DNA from: the human T2T-CHM13v2.0 reference genome, Homo sapiens | Assembly (NCBI GenBank): GCA_009914755.4 | Contig: CP068257.2 | Span: forward strand, 2,272,001 to 2,336,000 | Length of the DNA stretch: 64,000 nucleotides | Direction: 5' to 3' | Part shown: piece by piece, positions 54,320 through 64,000 of the stretch | Layout of the letters: each line of letters opens with the position of its first letter | How positions within the stretch are numbered: position 1 is the stretch's first letter | Program-made: the position numbers and the translations under genes | Notes under the pieces: generated by a model | Told to the model about the DNA's origin: nothing | Database searches by the model: none | Seen by the model: only the letters and a program-made list of their open reading frames with translations

Positions 54320-54950
54320 GACTTAAGATTTCTGTAATCTAGCATCCCATACGTCATATAATTGGGAAAAGCAGTAGTGTTTTTTTTTAAATTACTTAGT
54401 ATTTCAACAAGAATCAACCATCTCTCACCATTGCCAGGGCCCTGGTCAGAACCACTATCATCTCCCACCTGGAGGTTGCCACAGCATGGCCTCCCTGCTT
54501 CTACCCAAATCTTCCCACAATCTTTCTCAACTCAGCTGCCATGGGATGCTTTTAAATCAGTAGACAGTTCGTGTCACCTCTCTGCTCAGAACCCTTCCGC
54601 ATCTCCCATCTCAGACAGAATAAAAACCAAAGCCCCAGCAATAGCCTCCCAGGGCTTACACAATCTGTACTGATCTGAGTCCAACAACTCCCTGGCCTCC
54701 TTCCCTACTTCTCTCCCTCTCTCTACTCCACAGACCTCTTTCCTGAGCTTCAGACACACCACGGAGTTCCCTCTTAGCATCTTTATTCTGTTGTTTCTGC
54801 CTACAATGCTCTTCCCTCAGTACTTTGGCCAGCTCCTTCCCCTCCTTCAAGTCTTTGCTCAATTTTCACTTAGGAGGCCAACCCTGACCACTCTATTTAA
54901 TATTGCTATCTGTCCCTATTCCTGCCATGCTCACTCATTTCTTTTTTCGT

Positions 54951-55236
54951 TTTTTTTCTAAGATATAATCTCGCTGTGTCACTCAGACTGGGGTGCCATG
55001 GCACGATCACAACGCACTGAGACCTGGAGCTCTTAGATCAAGAAATTGTCCTGCCTCAGGGCCTCTAGTAGCTAAGACTACAAGTGCATGCCACCACACC
55101 AGCTATTTTTTTTTTCCATGTAGACAGGGTATCATTTTGTTGCCCAGACTTATCGTGAACTCCTGGGCCAAAGCAACCATCCTGCCTCAGCCTCCTAAAT
55201 AGCTGGAATTATAGGTGTGGGCCACCAATTCTGGCT
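54951..55236 (-). mobile_element. Alu (AluJ-like)
   Basis: ttttttttctaagatataatctcgctgtgtcactcagactggggtgccatggcacgatc ... tggaattataggtgtgggccaccaattctggc. Confidence 0.8.
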
Positions 55237-55600
55237 TCATGTTCATTTCTTCTTGCCGCTGTTACAAACTACCCTACATTGAGTGGCTTAATACACCACA
55301 AATCTACTAACTAAGAGGTCTGGGGGCCAGAAGTCCAAAATAGGTCTATTAAGGCTAAAGTCAAGGTGCCAGCAGGACTGCATCCCTTCTGGAGGTTCTG
55401 GAGAGAATATGTTCCCTTGCCTTTCCCAGTTGCTAAAGCCACTCCTATTCTTTGGCTCATGGCCCCTAACTGCATCTTCAAAGCCAGAAGCAAAGCATAT
55501 TCGAATCTCCCTCTGTGACCTGTGCTTCCATCATCAAATCTCCTTCAATTCGGACTCTCTTACCTCCCTCTTTCACTTATAAAGACCTCTTGTGATTGCT

Positions 55601-56050
<450 letters not shown>

Positions 56051-56562
56051 ATACACATTTGGTTTCTGCCCCTCATCCTGGCACAGAGCTTCTCAAGCTC
56101 TTATAAAGGTCTTGGTGATGAAAGTGATGAGGCATCTTCTGTTTCAATATTTGGTCTTAGTCCCAGGTTTCTAACACAAGAGGCTCTAAGACCTTTGGGA
56201 TCACAATAGTAAGAATGCATTTGGTGATGTTACTGAGATGACTGGGTGACTGAAAGCTCCTAGACAGCTTCAGGAAAAGGGGTGGTTGTTGTCAGAAGAA
56301 CAAACCATGTGATTAGAGGCTTGGAACTGTCAGCCTCACCCCCTGGGCTCCAGGAAGAAAGAGTGGCCGAAGACTGACTTAATCACCAATGATCAATGAC
56401 TTCATCAATCATGCCTGCATAATGAAGCGTTCATAAGCGCCCTCAACAACTGGAGTTGGAGAATGTCTGGGTTGCTGAACACAAGGGAGATACCAGGAAG
56501 GTAATATGCACAATAGAGGACATGGAAGTTCTGTACCCCTCTCGACATACCTTGCCCTGTGT

Positions 56563-56898
56563 GTTTTTTTTTTTTTTTTTTGAGACAGAGTCTGGCTCTG
56601 TCTCCCAGCCTAGAGTGCCATGGCACAATCGTGGCTCACTGCGAACTATGCCTCCCTATCTCAAGCCCCATCCTCTCATCCTCTCACCTCAGCCTCCTGA
56701 GTAGCTAGAATTATAGGCACTGAGTAGCTAGAACTATAGATAACTGTGCCTGGCTAATTTTTAGAAAAAAATCTTTTTGTAGAGATGCATTTTCACCTTG
56801 TTACCCAGGCTGGTCTTAATCTCCTGAGCACTTAAGCGATGCTCCCGCCTCAGTCTCCCAAAGTGCTGAAATTACAGGCATGAGCCACTGTGCCCAGC
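56563..56898 (-). mobile_element. Alu with short internal duplication
   Basis: (t)18 gagacagagtctggctctgtctcccagcctagagtgccatggcacaatc ... gaaattacaggcatgagccactgtgcccagc. Internally gagtagctagaattataggcactgagtagctagaactatag is duplicated. Confidence 0.85.
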
Positions 56899-56968
56899 AT
56901 GTACATCTCTTTCACTGGCTGTTTCTGAGATTTAGCCTTTAAAATGAACCAGTAAAAGAAAGTAAATT

Positions 56969-57268
<300 letters not shown>

Positions 57269-57536
57269 CAATCTGTTTTTCTGAGTTCTGCAAGCTGTCC
57301 GAGCAAATGATTCCACCCACCAATGGGGGTCATGAAACCCTGTTTTCTAACTGGTTGGTCAAAACTACATGTAACAACCCAAGACTTGCAATTGGCATGT
57401 GGAGTGAGGGTAGACTCCTGGGACTGAGCTCCCATCCTGCGGGGTCTGCACTAACTCCAGGGAGTGTCAGGATGGAATTGTGGGATACTCAGTTGGGATC
57501 CAGATTGTCTGAAAATCAGTGTAGAAACTCCACATG

Positions 57537-58425
<889 letters not shown>

Positions 58426-58565
58426 TTACAACCCAGTGATGGGCTACCACAACTCAACACAGCAAAGAGTTGCCAAGCTCCCTTTCTCCCCTGTACAACC
58501 CGACACAGAAGAGTTGGTGCAGTGGAATGAGGCTGGATGTAGAGAAGTTCCTCTTCTTTCTTTCC

Positions 58566-58872
58566 TTTTTTTTTTTTTTTTGAGATGGACTCTCGCTCTG
58601 TCACACAGGCTGGGGTGCCGTGGTGCAATCTCGGTCACTGTAACCTCTGCCTTATGGGTTTAATCAATTCTCTGCCTCAGCCTTCCGAATACCTGGGATT
58701 AGAGGCACCCCCCACCACAACCAGCTAATTTTTTTTTTTTTTTTTTTTTTTTAGTGGAGACTGGGTTTCACTATGTTGGCCAGGCTGGTCTTGAACTCCT
58801 GACTTTAGGTGATCTACCCACCTCGGCCTCCAAAAGTGCTAGGATTACAGGCATGAGCTGCTGTGCCCAGCC
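58566..58872 (-). mobile_element. Alu with about 16-bp TSD and expanded poly-T linker
   Basis: (t)16 gagatggactctcgctctgtcacacaggctggggtgccgtggtgcaatc ... ctaggattacaggcatgagctgctgtgcccagcc. The direct repeat agaagttcctcttctt is at 58543-58558 and 58874-58889. The internal T run at about 58726-58753 is long. Confidence 0.9.
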
Positions 58873-59039
58873 AAGAAGTTCCTCTTCTTACTTAGAAAAC
58901 AGATCACAGGGCATCAAGTAACACGTAAAATCCTTTATAATAAGCAGTATTATTTTTGGAAAACCTTTCCTAATATTTTGGTATCAGCAAAAAGCCTCAG
59001 ATTAATTTCAAACACTATAAAAATACAATACATAAACAG

Positions 59040-59380
59040 AAAATATTAACTGTCAGCAATGCTATAGAGAAATTGGAAGCTGTATGCATTGCTTTTTGGA
59101 ATGTAAAATGGTACAGCCCACTGTGGAAAATGGTTTAGCAGCTCCTTAAAAATATGAAGCATAGAATTATATGATCCATCCACACCCTTTAAGCATATAT
59201 ACCCAAAAGAACTGAGAGCAGGGACTCAAACAGGTATTTGTACACCCGATTAACAGCAGCATTATTCACAGTGGCCAAAAGGTAGCCCAAACCTAATGCC
59301 CATCAGTAGGTGAATAGATAAAGAAAATGTAATATATACATACACAGAGTATTATTCAGCCATAAAAAGAAAAATATCTG
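59040..59380 (+). mobile_element. L1 (L1M-type) ORF2 C-terminal fragment
   Basis: It translates in L1 frame as ...AMLxRNWKLYALLFGM.NGTAHCGKWFSSSLKI.SIELYDPSTPFKHIYPKELRAGTQTGICTP..., corresponding to L1 [55 protein letters not shown]....CT.MFIAALFTIAK. Confidence 0.75.
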
Positions 59381-59484
59381 GCCAGATTCAGCGGCTTACA
59401 CCTGTAATCCCAGTATTTTGGGAGGCCAAGGTGGGCAGGTCTCTTGAGCCCCATATTTTGAGACCAGACTGGACAACATGGCAC
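59380..59484 (+). mobile_element. Alu left-arm fragment
   Basis: ggccagattcagcggcttacacctgtaatcccagtattttgggaggccaaggtgggcaggtctcttgagccccatattttgagaccagactggacaacatggcac. Confidence 0.7.
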
Positions 59485-60037
59485 ATTTGGTTAGAAGTGT
59501 TTGACCATAACTACTATTCCAGAAAAAGATCTACTCATTAGAACTACAAATCATAAAATTATAAGTTCTACAAAAACAAATCAACCTTATCTACCACCCA
59601 GTTCTACCCAATTATATCATGTTAGAACAGAAGGTCTCACCGTGGACTCGGGAGCTGATATGAGAAATGTCACCACCATCCTGCTCTCCACGGAATCATC
59701 TTCAACAGACTCCTCATCTTCAATGGACTCCTCATCTTCCATGGACTCCTCATCTTCCATGGGCAGGGTGGAAACTGCAACTTGTGCCATGATCCCTGTG
59801 CAAAAAAGTAGTAAGACATTGAATGGTAGAAATGCAGTGTCCTAAACTCACATCCAGAGCTGTGAGAGTTTCTCACCGGCTGCCAAATTGTTTTTTGGGT
59901 CAGAGAAAAAAATAAAACTTGGTAACCTGGTACTCTACTTGCCCCAAACTCTCATCAGATAGAGAATCTATCCGCTAACTTTCTATCTAGTATTATTTCC
60001 ATGAAGTTACATCAATATCACTCCCAAAATAAATCCA
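59483..60037. repeat. Segmental-duplication module, copy 2 of 2
   Basis: See copy 1. It carries an expanded version of the same exon. Confidence 0.85.
59641..59795 (-). pseudogene. GTF2I/GTF2IRD2-like first coding exon, duplicated genomic copy 2, with EDEES repeat expansion
   Basis: The minus strand reads cttactacttttttgcacag|GGATC ATG GCA CAA GTT GCA GTT TCC ACC CTG CCC ATG GAA GAT GAG GAG TCC ATG GAA GAT GAG GAG TCC ATT GAA GAT GAG GAG TCT GTT GAA GAT GAT TCC GTG GAG AGC AGG ATG GTG GTG ACA TTT CTC ATA TCA GCT CCC GAG TCC ACG|gtgagacc. This gives MAQVAVSTLPMEDEESMEDEESIEDEESVEDDSVESRMVVTFLISAPEST. It has a canonical polypyrimidine-AG acceptor and a GTGAGA donor. Confidence 0.6.
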
Positions 60038-60039
60038 GG

Positions 60040-62455
60040 TGGAAGACTAAATCCAAAGCTAGCAGAAGGAAAGAAATAATAAAGAGCATAATTAGAGCAT
60101 AAATCAATAAAATAGAAGGTTGGAGAGCAGTAGAATGAAAATATGTAGATTCTTTGAAAGATCAAGCCTTTCACTATATTGACTGAGCAAAAGATGGGAG
60201 ACTAATTATTAAAATAATAAATGAAAGCAGAGCCATTACTACCAACTTTACAGAAATACAAAAGGATTACAGGAGTATACTGTGAACAACTGTCTAGCAA
60301 CAAATTAGGTGTCCTGGATGAAATGGATGAATCGCTAGAAAGACACAAACTACCAAAGTGGCTCAAGAAGAAAGAGAAAATCTGAATAGACCTATAACCT
60401 AGGAGATTGAATTAGTAATCGAAAGTGATTAACAAAGAAGCATTTATGACCAAATAGCTGCATTAACTGGTGAGTCAACCTAACATTTAAAGAAGAATTA
60501 ATACCATTTCTTCTCAAACTCTTCTGACAAAATATATGAAGAAGGAATACTTGCTAATTCATTTTCTGATAACAGCATTATTCTTATACCAAAGACAAAG
60601 AGAGCACAAAAGAGAGAAATACACCACTATATCCCTTATGAATATATAAGCAAAAATCTCAGCAAAATACTAGCAATACTAGCAAAATACTAGCAGCAAT
60701 ATTGTATAATCAAAGGATTGTAAACTATCACCCTTTGAGATTTATCCCCAAAATGCAAGGGTGGTTCAACATATAAAAAATCAATCAGTGTAATATGCTG
60801 TAACAGTAAAATGAATAAGCACGTGATTATTTCAATTGATGCAGAGAAAACATTGATGAAATACAACACCCTTCTATAATAAAAATACTCAATAAACTAG
60901 GCATAGAAGGGATCTTCTGCAACATGACAATGGGATGTACAAAAACCCAACAGTTAATATCATGATCAATGATGAAACACTGAAAGCTGTTTTCCTAACA
61001 TCTAGAAGAAAAGGATGGTGCATTTGCCACTTGTATTCAACGTAGCACTGGCAGTTCTAGCCAGAGCAATTAGGCAAGACAAAGAAATAAAAGGCATCTA
61101 AATCAGAAATTAAAAAATAGGTGTAAAATTATATCTACACATGATCTTATGGGTATAAAGCTCCAAACAAAACACAAAACCGATTATAACTAATAAAAGA
61201 GGCAGGATGCAAACAAACATAGGCAAATGAGCTATATTTCTATATAGTTGTAAAGAGCTATGAAAACATTTTAAAAATTCCATTTATAATGACATCAAAG
61301 AATACGTTATTCAGGCATAAATCTAACCATGGTGGTATACACAAAACATTGCTGCAAAAAACTAAAGAGAGTGGAAATAAGTGGAAAGACATTCTGTGTT
61401 CACGGGTTGTAAGACAATATTGTTAAGATGACAATACCATCTAAAGTAATCTACAGATTCAATGCAATACCATCAAAATCCCAAAGGCATTTTTGCAGAA
61501 ACAAAGAAACTCATTCTAAAATCATACAAAAATTCAAAGGATCTGACAGACAAAACAGTCTTGAAGAAGAACATTGGAAAACTCACACTTTTCAGTTTCA
61601 GAGCCTACTACAAATCTACAGTAATCAAGAGAGTGTGGTACTGGAATAAGACCAATAGACTTTCAGACCAATACAACAGAACAGATTTGAGATCCTACAA
61701 GTTAGTCCTCACATATATGGTCAATGACTGTTCAACAAGGTGGCCAAGTCTAGTCAAGGGAGGAAAGAACAGTCTCTTCAACAGCTGGATGTCAGTGCAC
61801 AAGAGAGAAGTTAGACCCCTACCTTGCAGTATATACAAAAATTAATTCTAAATTATAAAAGACTTAAATGTAAGAACTAAAAATATGTAACTCTTAGAAG
61901 AAAACACACGGTAAACCTTTATGACCTTTGAGTTTTAAGTGTATTTTGAAATGTGACAGAAAAGCACAGATAACAAAAGAAAATACAGGAAAATTAGATT
62001 GAATCAAAATAAAAAACCCTTTATGCATCAAAGGATACTATCAAGGGAGTGAAAAGACAACCCATAATATGTGAGAAAATATGTATCTGATAAAATCAAA
62101 ATGTGTATCTGATAAAAGCTTAATATCCCACAACTCAACAACAGAATTTCTAAGATCCCAATTAAAAAATAGGCAAAGGACTTGAACAGACATTTCTCCA
62201 AAGAAGATACACAAATGTCTAAGAAGGAAAAGAAAAGATGCTAAACACCATTATTCATTAATAAAATGCAAGGCAAAACCCAAATGAGATGCCACTTTGC
62301 ATCCACTAGTAAGGCTTTCATAACAACGACACAGAAAATCAATGTTGCTAAGGAGGTGGAGAAACTAGAGCCCTCATGAACTGGCTGCTAGGAATAGAAA
62401 ATGATGCACTTGCTGTGGAAAAGAGTTTGGTGGTTCCTCAAAGAATCACACAGAG
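60040..62455 (+). mobile_element. L1 (L1M/L1PB-type) ORF2 body, about residues 340-1130, decayed
   Basis: Colinear ORF2 homology includes [23 protein letters not shown]-like text at about 60100, ...LPKLAQEEREENLNRPIT.EIE.VI at about 60350, and the RT motifs at 60560-61100 (PISLMNIDAKI..., GWFNIQKSINVI.HINK..DKNHMIISIDAEKA.DKIQHPF..K.L.KLGIEG). ORF 61428..61649 reads MAILPKVIYRFNAIP-like, and ORF 61462..61845 reads YYKSTVIK.VWYWNK..DQYNRT. The copy runs to ...MRCHFASTSKAFITTTQKINVAKEVEKLEPS.TAG.NRK.CTCCGKEFGGSSK at 62290-62455. Confidence 0.85.
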
Positions 62456-63646
62456 AAACAGGCGCCGCTGGCTTGCGGGTTCTCCTGGGCTGGCGCGGGA
62501 CATCCCGGAATCGCAGGCGCGCGCATTCCTTCCCGCCTGAGGGCCCGCCTGGCCGTGACTCCCGCCCCTCTCCTCCTCCGAAGAGAGATCGGGGCCGCCC
62601 CAGGGGCCGTCTGCAGCCACCGGGGATGGGGCTGAGGGTCGGTTCCTGCCCCGGTGCAGCCGCCCCTGGGTAGACCGCCTGGCTTGGTCGCAGCCACGGC
62701 GACATCTAGCCCCGGTTCTGCGAGGCTGGGCGCGCCAGCCAGCTTGGGAGTCGCCCGGCGCCTGTAGCTGGGCGCCCAGGTGGTGGAGCATGTCCTGGGC
62801 AGCCTCTGGATCGCGGGTGCCCCTGGCCTGAGAGCCTGCCAGACCCTGTCCCGGCCCGGCTCCTCCTCTGTCAGAGCTCCACATCTCTATCCAGGGGCCC
62901 TCTGCAGCCACAGGGGATGGGGCTGAGGGCCGGTTCCCGCCCCTGTGCAGCTGCTGCGGGACAGACCGCCTGGCTTGGCCAAAGCCACAGGGACATTTGG
63001 CCCTGCTTCCGAGATGTGGGGAGTGTGGGCGGGCTCGGGAGTTGCCTGGAGGCTGCTGCCTGCACGCAGAAGGCGGCTGCAGCTCGGGTGCCCAAGCGGG
63101 CTGGAGGTGCATGGCCTGGTCGGTCTTGGGATCGCCAGCGCGCCCAGCCTGAGGGCCCCCAGGCCGTGCCTCCCGACCACTCCTCCACCTGAGGGAGATC
63201 GGAGCCGTTTGTATGGGCAGTCGGCAGTCACCTCGTGTGGGGTTGAGCGGTGGGTTCTCAGTTCTCGCTCCTGTGCAGCTGCTGCCGCAGGGCAGAATGC
63301 CTGGCTTGGCTGCAGCCACTGGGACACGTGGCCCTGCTTCTATGATGCTAGGAGGGCGAGCGGGCTCGGGGGTTGCCAGGCAGCTGCTGCCTGCACACAG
63401 AGGGCGACGGCAGCTTGGGCGCCCAGATGGCAGAGCATGGTTTGGGTGGCCTCTGGAATGCGTGCGCGCCAGGCCTGAGGTTCACCCTGGTGGGGCCACA
63501 TACCCCGGTCTTCCTCTGCTGGAGCCTGGAGCAGCTGGAATGGCCACTATTCCGTCACAGGGGATAGAGTTAAGTTTTCTTATCCCACCCATGCACGCAA
63601 AAAGGTGACTATTCTGTGAGGTAATAAACGTGTTAATTGACTTCAT
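62456..63646. repeat. CpG-dense block, 70% or more GC, made of about 3 tandem units of about 335 bp (minisatellite or CpG-island-like); inserted in or bracketed by L1 sequence
   Basis: The units are about 62590-62890, 62891-63229 and 63230-63560. Each contains gtgcagc[tc]gc[tc]gc.gg..aga[ac][tc]gcctggcttgg..gcagccac.gggacat.tggccctgcttc...gggcgggctcggg.gttgcc.gg..gctgctgcctgcacgcaga.ggcg.c.gcagct.gggcgcccag. CpG density is very high (cgccgctggcttgcgggt...ggcgcgggacatcccggaatcgcaggcgcgcgc). Direct repeats of about 160 bp of L1 sequence flank it at 62299-62455 and 63648-63809. Confidence 0.8.
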
Positions 63647-63811
63647 TCATGCCACTCTGCATCCACAAGTAAGGCTTTCATAACAATGACACAGAAAATA
63701 AATGTTGCTAAGGAGGTGGAGAAGTTGGAGTCCTCATGATCTGGCTGCTAGGAATAGAAAATGATGCCCTTGCTGCGGAAAACAATTTGGTTGTTCCTCA
63801 CAGAATGAGCA
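63647..63811 (+). mobile_element. Second copy of the L1 ORF2 C-terminal segment (direct repeat of 62299-62455, about 90% identity)
   Basis: catgccactctgcatccacaagtaaggctttcataacaatgacacagaaaataaatgttgctaaggaggtggagaagttggagtcctcatgatctggctgctaggaatagaaaatgatgcccttgctgcggaaaacaatttggttgttcctcacag matches 62299-62455. Confidence 0.85.
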
Positions 63812-64000
63812 TTGGGTGAAAAATGAAATCAAGATGGAAATGTAAAAAATTTCTTCGAACTGGATGACACAACCTATCAAGACCTCTGGGATACAGCAAA
63901 GGCACTGCTAAGAGCAAAGTTTGCAGTCCTAAAAACCTACATCAAAAAGTTTGAAAGAGCACAAACAGACAATCTAAGTTCACATCTCAGGGAACTAGAG
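63812..64000 (+). mobile_element. L1 ORF2 N-terminal region (about residues 230-290); continues beyond the window
   Basis: EHWVKNEIKMEM.KFFELDDTTYQDLWDTAKALLRAKFAVLKTYIKKFERAQTDNLSSHLRELE matches L1 ORF2 [68 protein letters not shown]. It directly follows the residue-1130 region, which indicates a tandem-duplication junction. Confidence 0.8.

Noticed and set aside
62438-63327. Long minus-strand ORFs (293, 146, 105 aa) and plus-strand ORFs (177, 131 aa) across the GC-rich block, rich in Pro, Arg, Gly and Ala
   Set aside because: Open frames are expected by chance in sequence of 70% or more GC with few stop codons. The composition is low-complexity and the frames overlap each other on both strands and follow the tandem-repeat structure. 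There is no recognisable domain and no start or splice context.

Overview
This window is primate nuclear DNA, almost certainly human or great ape. It carries more than 35 Alu elements, several with intact target-site duplications and A-tails, plus L1PA and L1M fragments. It is AT-rich and very repeat-dense, and reads as a mosaic of segmental duplications of the pericentromeric or low-copy-repeat kind rather than a gene-bearing region. I found no intact protein-coding gene; nearly all listed six-frame ORFs fall inside repeats, satellite, or GC-rich sequence. 

Main contents, 5' to 3':
1. 1.38-3.66 kb, minus strand: an exon-like, frameshifted block similar to the C-terminal coiled coil of ANKRD26/POTE/CCDC144-family proteins.
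2. About 4-32 kb: scattered Alus, a 3'-truncated L1PA with a 16-bp TSD, and a small TIR element.
3. 33.3-42.3 kb: an approximately 5.7-kb array of a satellite I cannot assign, with a roughly 72-bp unit. The unit has strong dyad symmetry, including a perfect 14-bp palindrome GGGGTGTACACCCC. The array switches orientation three times (A-B-[insert]-B-A-B). A young AluY with a TSD is inserted in it.
4. Inside that array, 35.5-38.4 kb: a 2.9-kb composite NUMT. It is built from three non-contiguous mtDNA pieces: 12S rRNA; COX1 plus the WANCY tRNA cluster; and COX3, tRNA-Gly and ND3. It is inserted exactly at the palindromic core of a satellite unit.
5. 42.3-44.3 kb: an L1 interrupted by an LTR-like insert.
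6. About 57.5-58.06 kb and 59.5-60.04 kb: two diverged copies of a roughly 530-bp module that carries the first coding exon of GTF2I/GTF2IRD2 on the minus strand. Splice sites are intact (MAQV[A/T]VSTLP...ESRMVVTFL). The EDEES motif is expanded to 2 and 4 copies.
7. 60.0-64.0 kb: an L1M ORF2 body disrupted at 62.46-63.65 kb by a 1.15-kb CpG-dense block of three roughly 335-bp tandem units. The block is bracketed by about 160-bp direct repeats of L1 sequence and is followed by an L1 tandem-duplication junction.

I rejected prokaryote-style interpretations such as operons or defence systems. Family names for the satellite, the LTR-like elements and the exact paralogue of the gene fragments are from memory only and need database confirmation.
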